Shown here in pieces: positions 13,092 to 24,774 of a DNA stretch of 64,000 nucleotides; within the stretch, counting starts at the first letter, position 1; every line of letters starts with the position of its first letter. The notes below the pieces were generated by a model. That model was not told where the DNA came from and ran no database searches. It saw nothing but the letters and a program-made list of their open reading frames with translations. The stretch is taken from the NCBI GenBank assembly GCA_051362555.1, contig CM120640.1, positions 68,860,788-68,924,787 of the forward strand, in the 5' to 3' direction. Both the position numbers and the translations under genes were made by a program. This stretch comes from Lingula anatina (lineage: Eukaryota; Animalia; Brachiopoda).

Positions 13092-13819
13092 CATTTCAAA
13101 TATTTTGTAATTGGTAAATCTTTAATGATCTAATAATTCTCAAGTAGTTTTTTCTCATCTGTGAGAAAGTTGTTCACTGTTGCTAACATATTATAAGTCT
13201 GTACCGTCTACTTTCTGGTTGAGCTTAGGCAATGCTTGTTGATTTTTTACCAAACTAGGCAGTTTTAGTCATTAAATCCTTGTCAGAACAGTGATGTTTG
13301 TGTCTGATATTTGTATGTTTCAGGGTGGTGAACTCATCCCTGATGCAGACATCTGTATAGCCTACATCAATGCCTGTAGGCGGGTGAACGATTATGCTCT
13401 TGGTGTTCGGTTCCTTGAATTTACCAGGGTAATAGAATATATAGACTGATGTAGGAGATGTTATTCAAACGTTTAAAAATTTTTTTTCTTGGTGTCTTTG
13501 TACAAAATTGAAGAGAGTATTTATGAATGAAATGAATGAGAATATATATATTAGTTATAAATTCATCTGCAGCAATATGTGTGGATATTTTATTGTCCAC
13601 CAAATACTTAGCATGTTTAGCCCATCTAATGCAGATTTTTGTTTTCTTTCTTAGCACCGGCACAGTATAATAGACAAAAAAATGAATTCTTGGAAAGCAC
13701 TTGTTGAAGAGATAAAACCTGCACTGGAAGAGGTTGGCATGGATATTCCAGAAGAACTGGGCTATGACAAACCAGAATTAGCATTGAAAGATGTAGAATC
13801 AAATGATTATTATGCATAA
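12425..13819 (+). CDS. COX5A: Cytochrome c oxidase subunit 5A (divergent); exons 12425-12503, 12829-12956, 13324-13428, 13655-13819; 158 aa
   Basis: Arg-rich targeting peptide MFRAVLHRCRSLP, followed by the COX5A motifs NSPEIDGWDLR, LIPDxxIxxAxxxACRRVNDYALGVRFLE and EIKPALEEVGMDIPEELGYDKPELAL. The frame is intact across three GT-AG introns. Confidence 0.9.
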
Positions 13820-13984
13820 TTAGTAAGTTGGTAGAACCCTTACTTGAATTTGCTACAGGTTTTGATGAAGGAAAGGCAAATTTTCTTTAATTTTAACAAC
13901 GTGTTGCTATGAATCCTTGAGCCTTGAAGCGGAAAAGATCAGATACATTTAATGTCTTCACTTTGTTTTATCAAGCACCTGTAA

Positions 13985-14297
13985 GAGCCCATTCAGTATG
14001 AGAAGAGCTGAATGCTAGTTAGGCCACAACCTAAATATGGCGGACCTTCATGAAAGGAAGACCGCTTAATCCTGTAATGGTCTCTCCACCTCTCACACAG
14101 CTCCCCACACGTTGTACCTTGAATGATTGAATTGAGCTGAGATTTAATTACTGTGCCCCTGCTGGGATGACACGTGGGGAGGCATGTGAGAGGTGGAGAG
14201 ACCATTACAGGATTAAGCGGTCTTCCTTTCATGTAGGTCTGCCATATTTAAGTCGTGGCCTAGCTAGCACTTGGCTCTTCTCATTCTGAATGGCCTC
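13985..14297. mobile_element. Near-perfect palindromic MITE (~313 bp) just 3' of COX5A
   Basis: Arms of ~145 bp pair almost throughout, for example CATGAAAGGAAGACCGCTTAATCCTGTAATGGTCTCTCCACCTCTCACA with its reverse complement. Flanked by TAA and TTA. Confidence 0.85.
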
Positions 14298-15283
14298 TTA
14301 TTATGTTTATCCTTATTTGGTTTGTTTCATATTGTTGATTAAATATTTATATTTTATTCTTGTTCTTTTCAGATAGTTGGTTGCAGTGTTCTACAGTAAT
14401 TTACAAGTAAAGGGACCCGTTTTGACATCACATTACATCACACATTTGTCAAAAATGAAATTAACTTTAAAAGAGAAAGGACTTCAGAGTTCTTAAACAA
14501 GACCCTAAAGAAAACTGTTTGTGTGTAAGGCTGATTCACGAAGAAATGATTTAAATTATTTATCTAGAGGACTTTCATCTTTCATTGTTTTAAAACCCGT
14601 TTTGTGGTGAAAATAAAATATTACCAAATGTCTGAGGTATGTTTTTGTCACGTAATTCCCCCTTCTGCTATTTAAATCGTATATTTCAAGAGAGGGATTG
14701 TAGAGAAAGTGTATGATTGATGAACTGTGTAGAATGAACCAACCTAAAACAAGTTTGAGAACAGGGTGCGTGTGTATTATGTTGTGTCCCCAATGCAATC
14801 GGGCTTTCTGCTATTGTTAAAAATCAAGAGGACCTAGGACTCGTGAAGAGAAGTCGTCTTCACTTTTTTCCCCAACATTTTCTCGTCTAAGTAGCAAAGT
14901 AGTTGGTATTAATTTACAAGCAAAAATGAACGACTGATAATAACTATCTATTTCTAGTTGAACTTTTAAGGGGTCTTGGATATTAAAAATACGTCTAAAA
15001 TTCGATTTTTAGTTTTTTATACGTTAGAAATAATCAGTTTTGTATCTAATACTCAATTAAGTTATATTTGTGAAACACGGACTAAAAATATACATTTGGA
15101 CGAGTTTTTCTACCTGTCCTGACTGGTACGGGTGGCAGGCTTTAGGCTCCGCCTCCGTTGTCAAGCACCGTTACTATGGGGGGCGGGGCAAGAATGGTTG
15201 TCTAACTTCTTAAGCTGTTACGCGTGCCCTGGCAGCTCATAAGTCTTACGTCAGCTAAGCAGAACACAGTTATATACACAGTC

Positions 15284-17859
15284 ATGGGAAGAAAGAAAGT
15301 CGTGAGAAAACGGATGAGCGAGGAAAGCAAGAGAATTTTGAAAGAGAGTGCTTCTGGTGGATGGAGAAACCCCACATGTCATGAAGGGGAGTCTTCGCGT
15401 ATGCAGGGAGCCAGCGCTCGGAAAATCTTGAAGGACGATTTATCGTCGAGCTCCGACAGCGAGGGAGAAGAAATGGTGCCGGCGGGTTACCGTTTATGGA
15501 ATTGCGGGCAGCTCCAGGACAGTGTAGCCAAGACCTGTGCATGTCGCGCGTGTGGTGGAGACGTGGTGCTTGTGGAAGACAAGGGGAAGAGACGGGGATG
15601 GGCCAGTGTAATGAGATGGGCATGCACGGCATGCGGTGGAGTGCCCGAAGAAGGCTGGACTTCTACGTCGCGAAAGACGGGGAAGTTTTTCGAAATCAAC
15701 AGGGCGAGCGTACTGGGCATGCGAGCAATTGGAAGGGGCAACACTGCTGCTGAAAAGCTCTCAGCGTACCTCTCTATGCCGGCTCCAGTAGCACACAACA
15801 GTTGGCGTCTCCACAGCCAGGCCTTAGGCGACCACGCCAGAGAGACAGCTCAGGAGAGCATGAATAGCGCTGCGCTTCGCGTGAAGCAGGTACTCCGAGG
15901 GAGTGATGTTGATCCAGGGGAAATTGTGGACTGCGGGGTTACGATAGACGGTTCCTGGCAAACTAGAAACTTATCTAAACACGGTTTTGTTGCCGCAATT
16001 TCAGTTGATACAGGAGAAATTCTGGACGTTCATTACATGTGCACCATATGTCGGACATGTGACAATTTCCAAAAGCTGCCCCACACGACGGCGGAAGAGG
16101 TTGAATTTCAGCTAAAACACTTCGAGGAGTGCCCCCGCAACCACGAAGGCTCAGCCCAGGCCATGGAAGCTGAGGGTGCCTCTGTTTTGTACAGTCGTTC
16201 AATGGAACTGTATGGATTACGCTACAACCCATTTGTAGGGGATGGGGACAGCTCAGCCTTCCGGAGAGTCCAGCAAGAGCAGCCCTATGGTCCTGACATT
16301 GAGATAAGAAAAGAAGAATGCATAGGCCATATTCAGAAGCGAATGGGCACTAGACTTCGGCGCTTAGTTGCAAGAAATAAAGGTAATAATAGTGAAAATA
16401 AATAGAAGTAAAAAAGTGAATTTGTACAGGATTGACTTATCTTCAACACTATTTTTGCATGCTTTGGTTATTGCTTAGACTTATACGTAACTTTAAAACA
16501 GATCCATGGCCCCATGATATGTTTTTTTTACCTCTCTGTGATAAGTAAAATTTGAACACGATCAGTATATATGAATCGATTTTAGTACTTGTTTTCATTA
16601 TATAAAAAGCTTTCAAATCTTAAATAAAAACAATAGGTAGTGAGCTTGTGAAGGCTGTATAAAAATTACCAAAATTTTATTGATAATTCAGGGGTGAAGC
16701 TGAGCGATGGAAAGGGACTTCAGGGAGCAGGACGCCTCACCATGACCAGAATAGATTCCATGCAAACATTTTATGGACTGGCAATAAGACGCAACATCGG
16801 TAATTTAGATGGGATGGTCAGGGAGACCCAAGCCATAACCCGCCACTACAGCGAGCTTGCTGAACACAGTTATTGTCCTGAAGGTAAGCTGGTGATGAAA
16901 TTGGGCATAGTTGCCCCCTCTGTTTATCTAAAAATGTATATAAACACCTCATCAAAACCTAAGCCACCTATAACTACTGTATATTTGATTTGATCATATT
17001 TATTGCCCTAGTGTCACAGTTATCTATAACTGGTACAAAAACTATTGGAAAAATTGAAATGTGTACAGTGACCTAATATGCAAAACTAATGATATATTTT
17101 ACTTCAATATTTATCAATAAAAAATGTTCTATAGTTTCAACATTGTATATTAGTACTCTTTTCCTATACAACAAATCGAACATAAACAGTGATATGTATT
17201 TTTGGTGAAAGTGTAATTACAGAACTTTTTCTTGATTTGATGCTTATTTTTATTTTTTCATTTCTTTCATAGGTGAAAGCAGCTGGTGCAAGTTTCAACA
17301 AGACAAAGCTTGTGGCACCACGACACACAGAGAGGTTGAGAAGCCCCTTCCCCCGGCTGTTATAGAGGTTGTGCAACCCATCATCAATGAGCTGGCGGAC
17401 CCAGTTTTACTAGCAGGCTGCTTGCGAGGATTGACACAAAATCAGAATGAAAGCTTTCATTCCACGGTGTGGACCATGGTTCCAAAAGATTCTTATCAGA
17501 GCAGCAATGCTGTAACTCTTGGTTTATATATGGCTGTAATGTATTTTAATGATGGACTGTGCTCATCAAATGAAAAACTTTTTCATAGTGCAGGGATTGA
17601 ATTCAATAAATTGACCAAAAATTGCTTTGTAAAACTTGACAGAATTCGGATCAGTACTTGTTCAAAACGAGAGGATACTGCTGATAAAGAGAACAGACGA
17701 GGGCGAAAAAGACAGAAGTTACAGCAACTGGATGCTTTCAGGAAAGTGGAAGGGGACACATACAAGTCTGGTGAATTCTCCCAATCCTCGCGTAATGCAC
17801 CCAAGTGTACAACTTGTAAGAAACCAAGAAAGGGGCACAAGAAAGGATTGTGTACATAG
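15284..17859 (+). CDS. Kolobok-type ('Mutator-like' domain) DDE transposase; exons 15284-16382, 16692-16883, 17273-17859; 625 aa, no stops
   Basis: Motifs: CxCxxC..CxxC; VTIDGSW (D1); CPRNHEGSAQAME; FVGDGDS (D2); KEECIGHIQKRMGTRLR; GRLT; HSYCPEGESSWCKF; TQNQNES (E); C-terminal CxxC-x6-H-x4-C. Both phase-1 GT-AG introns splice in frame. Confidence 0.92.
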
Positions 17860-18070
17860 TAAAATCAACTGTTATTGTGCATGAAATTAAGTATTATAGG
17901 ACATTGATTTTTTTAATATAATTGTAATGAGCTCGCGTCTATTGAAGTCCCATACAGGCATGTTTTCTATTTTTCTTGTACTCACTTTTTGGTGATATGA
18001 TATATACAAATCCTCAGACAGAGCAAAAAATAAAATATAATTATAGATTAGACTGGTCTCTTTACTTTTT

Positions 18071-19172
18071 TGTATGGCAGATTCATTCCTACACTAAATC
18101 TTTAGCAACCTTTTCGTTGTCTCCAAAAAGAAAGAAGTAAATATAAAATCTTTTACTTCAGATCTCTTATCTTGTTAGGTGACAGTCCGCCCAGATTTCC
18201 TACCTAGATAGAAAACCGTTTATGTCATTCATTCATGTTTGGTGTCACTAGTATCTTGGAGCTTCAATTGACCAAGTTATTGTCATTGTGGAGTAACCGT
18301 GGCTGATTTTTATCTAAGAAAGGTGTAAATCCAGTACAGGCCAATTTTCTATTTTGTATGGCTGAGTTATTCCTACACTAAATCTGTAGCAACCTTTTCG
18401 TTGTCTCCAAAAAGAAAGAAGTAAATATAAAATCTTTTACTTCAGATCTCTTATCTTGTTAGGTGACAGTCCGCCCAGATTTCCTACCTAGATAGAAAAC
18501 CGTTTATGTCATTCATTCATGTTTGGTGTCACTAGTATCTTGGAGCTTCAATTGACCAAGTTATTGTCATTGTGGAGTAACCGTGGCTGATTTTTATCTA
18601 AGAAAGGTGTAAATCCAGTACAGGCCAATTTTCTATTTTGTATGGCTGAGTTATTCCTACACTAAATCTGTAGCAACCTTTTCATTGTCTCCAAAAAGAA
18701 AGAAGTAAATATAAAATCTTTTACTTCAGATCTCTTATCTTGTTAGGTGACAGTCCGCCCAGATTTCCTACCTAGATAGAAAACCGTTTATGTCATTCAT
18801 TCAAGCTTGGTGTCACTAGTATCTTGGAGCTTCAATTGACCAAGTTATTGTCATTGTGGAGTAACCGTGGCTGATTTTTATCTTAGAAAGGTGTCAATCC
18901 AGTACAGGCCAATTTTCTATTTTGTATGGCTGAGTCATTCCTACACTAAATCTGTAGCAACCTTTTCATTGTCTCCAAAAAGAAAGAAGTAAATATAAAA
19001 TCTTTTACTTCAGATCTCTTATCTTGTTAGGTGACAGTCTGCCCAGATTTCATACCTAGATAGAAAACCGTTTATGTTATTCATTCAAGCTTGGTGTCAC
19101 TAGTATCTTGGAGCTTCAATTGACCAAGTTATTGTCATTGTGGAGTGACTGATTTTTATCTTGGAAAGGTGT
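18071..19172. repeat. Tandem array of ~3.9 copies of a 284-bp unit inside the transposon
   Basis: TGTATGGC recurs at 18071, 18355, 18639 and 18923, a period of exactly 284. Copies differ by a few substitutions, and the last has a deletion. Confidence 0.95.
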
Positions 19173-20305
19173 ATATCAAGGCAGGAATTGAATGCACCAG
19201 TAAAAATACCTAAATCAAAGAATTTTCTTTTCTGTATTCTAAATTTTTATACTTTACAAATGAAAGGAAACCATTCTCATGCATTCATTTTTTTTTATTG
19301 GAAAATAATGATGACCCCTCACCCGAACACAACTTTGCTTTAAGAAATTGACAAGATGAAAAAAAATGCCAGAAAAATGATCAATTTCATCTTGGTAAGT
19401 GAAATTTTACAGGATGGGGCAACAAATTCATTTATAGTCTGGTAGTGGTTTCTATGAAGCTGCCCTTTTCAGAAAAAGCAAGAATAGGTTCATATTTTAA
19501 AAGTGTATTCCTTCCTTTATATACAATTACTAGTACTAGTGGTGAAATGATTTACCGCCATACAAAGATCAATTGACTGTGAAATACTGAGATTTCTCTG
19601 ACTGCTTTCATAACCAATAAATTTTAATCCTGCCAATCTGATTTTTTACCTAGCAAAAAAAGGGTTTGTAAAGTAGCTTTATTATGGTCAAGGAAATGAA
19701 TGTATCGAATCTCGAAGAACAAAACATATTTTTTCATTTACCCTTTATTTATATATTTTGCAATATACAATAAAAATTACAAAAAAAAGCGAAAACATGA
19801 AATTTGGCACATGTCGGTATCTTCATTCCGATTAGAGTACAGCCCTGCAAAATTGCTGCATGGTGACAAGATAGCCAGTCTGAAACGATAATAAATTAAG
19901 AATGATTTACTATGAAATAAGACCTGATTAATTTATTTTAGAATAAAAAAAGACCACAAGTGATCACTACATATTAATCCCTGGATATAATAAAATTGTG
20001 CTCATGGTAAATTACTTAATTTTGCGTAAAAGGTATCACTCCTCTGACCATTTAACAAAATCTACAAATTTGCGAGTATTGACCAGATGAAAATCTACTG
20101 GCGTGACTTTGATTATTCCTAAATTTCACTGGCATTGGCCATGGGGAATGTATTTGGCACAAATTACTGATAAATTCTTTAATTAAGAGAGGATAACATA
20201 CTAAAAATACATGTACTTGCTGGTAAGTATTTTTAAAGCTAAATTGAGGTTATACTGCTGTTTTTTTTTTTTTTTAATATTTTACATGCCTATGTAATAT
20301 TTGAC

Positions 20306-21161
20306 TCAGAAACATGACACACAAGGTGATGTTAGACTGACCTCCCTAAACTCTCCTTTCACTTGATTCGGCACAAGCGCTCGGATGTAGCCCAAGACCT
20401 CCTTTGGATATGAGTAGTGGCACCCCTCGGGCCCAACACCTTTTAACTAGAAAAAAAAGGTAATATAGGTTGGCATCTTTATTTTATGAGGTGGATGTGA
20501 AGCGAACATTTGAAAACACAAAACTGCAGGCCCTACGTGATAATATAAATATGGAGCCCTTTTTAATTGACAGAATAATAAAATATTATTTGTGATTGCA
20601 TAAAACATCGTCTTCACGTTTGTGTCACTTGATATAGAACTAGCACAGGTCTACTATTTACCTTTAACTCCTTCCACCAGCTACAATAATGCTGGTACCG
20701 TATCTTCCTGTGGTTCTTCCCCTTGATACGTAGCGCCGTCACGGTCATGTCCACACTATGGGCAAATGTTTTCCCATCATACCTATAAAACAGATATTAT
20801 ATTGTTTTCATTACATTGTTAACGATATATTAAATTTTATCCTATAGCGTCTAAATCACGTCTAGGTAAAGACTCGAGATCACACTTGAACTGCTGAGTA
20901 TTCGTACAACGTCTGGGGTTGTCAGAAAAAAATCGTTAGGCAATCATTTTATGCACAATAAAGATTGTAATAGCAAGCAAGTTTTTAAGTAATATTGCCA
21001 CCCAAAACATTTTCAAATTCGCATATTACGGTCTTGGCACTCTGTGGCATCATGACATATACGTACCCACATTCGGCCATTTCTCGGAGTAAATCTTGCT
21101 TTGCTTTCTCAATTTTCGCGTCTTGGTGTGTAGAGCGGCGTCCACGCACGACGGGTGGCAT
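20306..21161 (-). CDS. Transposon accessory protein, KolX-like; exons 21161-21067, 20782-20662, 20446-20306; ~118 aa
   Basis: Phase-compatible GT-AG exons give MPPVVRGRRSTHQDAKIEKAKQDLLREMAECG|YDGKTFAHSVDMTVTALRIKGKNHRKIRYQHYCSWWKELK|LKGVGPEGCHYSYPKEVLGYIRALVPNQVKGEFREVSLTSPCVSCF*. The gene lies inside the TIRs. The N..(I/L)RY..Y..W...P..V...IR...P spacing resembles KolX. The C-terminal end is uncertain. Confidence 0.7.
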
Positions 21162-22385
21162 TGTCCTCTGCTGGCACACCCAGTAATCCTCTTTTTGTTT
21201 GTAAGCGCTTCCTTAGACACTTCCTAGACAGTGCACAGACTCCTACTGCGTAAGGCACAATTATGATTAATTACGTCAGTGAAACGAGAGTAGGTAGACC
21301 TACTCAGCTGTCAATCATTTCTCAGGGAAGAGCGGCTTTCGTGGTACGAATAAGTTTGCGTACAAAAGTAAGATTTTCTGGCATCTAGATAGAAACAAAC
21401 AACCCAATTTTAACACGTAATGGTGTATAGACCTTCCCGATCAACAAGATGATAACAGGTAAGGTGGAGGTGCAATTATTTTGCTTAAATAGCCCAATTA
21501 CCTGAGCAAATAAGTTTAGGAGCGATTTCTCAGCTTTGAAGATTGATAACATAGTCTAAACTTCAATTCCCATATCTCATTCTGTAATTGTCAGATTGAC
21601 ATGAAATTTGATGTGTCTCTGTTTCAGTATAATATCTAGTCGACTGAGTCTTGGTTTTTGGATTGACAATTTATTTTTGAAGTTATTAATACTGAAATTG
21701 GAAGGTCCATATATATTTCGTAAAATTCACGTTTTATCAAAATAAAATCAAAAGTAAAAATAAAAAGAGAAAATCCTGACAGAGTCTTATGGAGTTTGTG
21801 CTAACCTTTAGATAGCTATTTCAATCGTATTAATAGGGCTTTTTGTTTAAGAGAAATATTTGATTAAAAAAAAGACAATTTTAGCCTCAAAACGCTGATA
21901 TTACGTCACTCGTGTTACACTGTGACTACAAACTTTGAAAAATTGTTTGGCTTGCTAGACCTTATCTTTAAGTTAATAGGAAATTTCATTAGCTGCATTA
22001 GTTTTGGACTTTTTCGTTAATATCCAAGATCCCTTAAAACCTGATTAAGGGGACTTGGAATTTTTTTTATTCGCCACAAATATCGTGAACGTGGAGGAAA
22101 ACGTGAAACCTCGTATATGCACGAATCTTAACCCTCAGTTCACGAGTTCATGAAAGTTGACATATTAAATTTGAGAACTTCCACTAAGCTTTTTTTGAAA
22201 GGGGAAGGTGCACTGTTCTTGGGTGAAATACTGAAAAATTCCTACACACCAAAACATTTTTCTATCATTTAAAACCACCAAGACCAGTATTTCATGCGAA
22301 TTTTTATTAATTAAATGAAACAAAAATGCGAGGAAGCGTTATTTCTAATGACAATTACTAGCCTGGCCATTATCTTGTAGATAAA

Positions 22386-22548
22386 GCCAGGTGTAACAGG
22401 AATGAATGCAACTCCGCTAGGAACCGTAGTCCGCTTCCCATTACTTTGTACAGGTGACATTCGTCCCATATACTAACCCCAATACTCCAACTAACCCTTA
22501 CCTGTACTCATCATATGGGAGTCCGGACTTGCATTCCTGTTACACCGG
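22386..22548. mobile_element. Small inverted-repeat element
   Basis: GGTGTAACAGGAATG on the left pairs with CATTCCTGTTACACC on the right. Confidence 0.5.
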
Positions 22549-23785
22549 CAAAATTTGCACTTAGTAGGTTTGCGCGAGATCGACCTTTGTTTTGACTAAA
22601 ATTTTTTCGCTTAATTTTTTAATGCATTATCGCTGGTTCGTAAAAGTGGGAAAATTTTTCAAGGAAAACCTAAGATGTGTTACTTTTATACCCTTAAAAG
22701 GTGAAAGTTGACCCCCCCCCCCCAAAAAAAAAAAAAAAAAAAAAATCGTTATTAAAAAGACTGGGGTCGGTAAGAGAACTTGCGCATGCAGATACCGAAT
22801 GTGTAAATTATGGAACAATATGTGTAAATTTATCACTCATAAAAATCTCTCCTTAATATCATTCAACTTCAAAATCACTTCTATAAGCCGAGTTAAACAC
22901 TCACATACACTATAATGTCTTTTATGAAGCATATAATGCATATTTTCTTAATTTTCTAACCTCTCAAGGTTACAATTTAACAATTATTATTATAAGAATC
23001 AAATTGGCGCTGGGAATCGCTTCGATTGTGTTGTTATAATAAATATGTATAATAATAACATTTATAACATTAATTTGCAAACGTGAGTTATGTACTGAGA
23101 AACTGAAATTTAAATAATGTTTCAAGTATCAAACATAAATAGAATCAGATAATAAGAAATATTCAATATCTTCGTAATGACGTGTTGGAGATGTGTGCAG
23201 CACAGCCCCTCTTCTGATTGGTTGACCATACATAAGCACGTGGCAAGTGCGATCTTTTGATCAACTATAGTTTTATCTTCCAGATTTAGTATTTTTACAA
23301 AAACTTACAATTCAATGATCAAGAAATAAAATCTCGATACAGGACGGAGGCAATGCATATGTAAACAGTTCATTCCCTATTAATTGGCTGGCAAATGTTT
23401 TACAGTGGTATCAAACCAATACTTAATATTGATAAAATCTCGTGTTATATTTTTTTTACTGTAACTCCAGAGGAAGATAGGGTTGACCTTTTTTTCTTTA
23501 ATTGTTCCCTCTGATGTATATTTTGTGTGACATGGAGCAGCATTTACGGTATCATGATGCTACAGGTTTGACGGTAAGGACAGAAAATATTGAGCACTGT
23601 AGACGTCAAACTTGGAATTACAAACTATGAACTTGGCAGGTTTCCAGTCTCCTTCAAAATCCAAAAGCAACTTGTAAAATTTAGGTAGAAATACCAATTA
23701 TGATGCTAAGAGTGAGTTCAGGGCATATTTGTACTGTGTTAAATTATTTCTTAAATTATCAAGTCCCTGAAATTATTGGGAAGCA

Positions 23786-23786
<1 letters not shown>

Positions 23787-23830
<44 letters not shown>
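23787..23830. repeat. (TAA)n microsatellite
   Basis: Read directly from the sequence. Confidence 0.95.
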
Positions 23831-24774
23831 CTTTATTAGTTCTCATACAATTTTAAGAAGGCTATGACCAAACAAATACATAAGTAACGTAATGAAATAG
23901 TTAAATATATAGTGTATATACTTATATACACTATATACACTATATAGTGTATATACTTATATATAAGTTATCACATGCAGCCATGCAGTAAAACATGATA
24001 GGTTTTACAGACAGAGACGGAAGTTATGCTGTCTGACATATTCTTAACTTTTATTAGCTGTCATATTTACACTTAATCTATCTTTCATATTTTTCTCATT
24101 TAGTAGGTGGTGGCTGGTAGAGAATAAGCCAACAGACAGACCTTTATCAGGGAACGGTGAGGGGAAATACTGAAAAAAGGATGTAAATAGCATTAATTGT
24201 TATTACAACGAAGCTGCCCGTGCCTACTGATCGTATCATGATAAATTGGAGGAGAAATTTCTTAAACATATTTATTGGTTCATGAAAATTATATAATAAT
24301 ATATACATATAAAGATGGCAAATCGCTTTAAGAATTGTGTACTCATCTTAACAGAATCTACAAATATAACCAATTAACTAATACATATCTAATGATGATG
24401 AAAAGAAAAATGTTTTATAATGATAAATACTGGAACAGGAGGAGACATGTTTAGTATTTTAAACTATTGAATCTAAAAACCAATTCCATAACGCCGCCTG
24501 CATGCCTAAGGCTGCTATAATGAAATAAGTAAATAGACAGCCGAATAGATATTATCTCGAGTGCACAAAATAATGCTACCGCGTTTACATACAAGGCCAG
24601 TCTTTGTGACAAATACAATTCCAGGTAATTGAGGTAAGTGTTTTAAATGCTTTATAAATTACAGCATAATAATCCCATAAATACATGTACCCCAAATCTT
24701 AATCCACGAATATCGCCTCTCCTTTGAACTCAAAATATACAGTTTCGATTACTTGAATCGTAGGGCCCCTTCTC

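Larger units (their letters stand above)
14970..22033 (+). mobile_element. Full-length Kolobok-type DNA transposon, 7,064 bp
   Basis: TTAA at 14966-14969 and at 22034-22037. The left TIR GGGGTCTTGGATATTAA (14970-14986) matches the right end TTAATATCCAAGATCCC (22017-22033) at 16/17. It encloses a DDE transposase and a second, opposite-strand gene. TTAA duplication, purine-purine termini and two genes are Kolobok hallmarks. Confidence 0.88.

Noticed and set aside
15284-17859. MuDR/Mutator or piggyBac element
   Set aside because: Short TIRs with a 4-bp TTAA duplication do not fit MuDR (long TIRs, ~9-bp duplications). The GG termini and the DGxW/GDGDS/QNxNES motifs do not fit piggyBac.
18071-19172. 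CRISPR-like or guide-RNA array next to a nuclease-like gene
   Set aside because: The units are whole 284-bp near-identical tandem copies with no unique spacers. The adjacent protein is a DDE transposase, and I saw no RuvC/TnpB/Fanzor or HNH motifs.
23903-23966. AT-rich palindromic stretch TATATAGTGTATATACTTATATACACTATATA
   Set aside because: It is low-complexity TA-derived sequence with no evidence of function.
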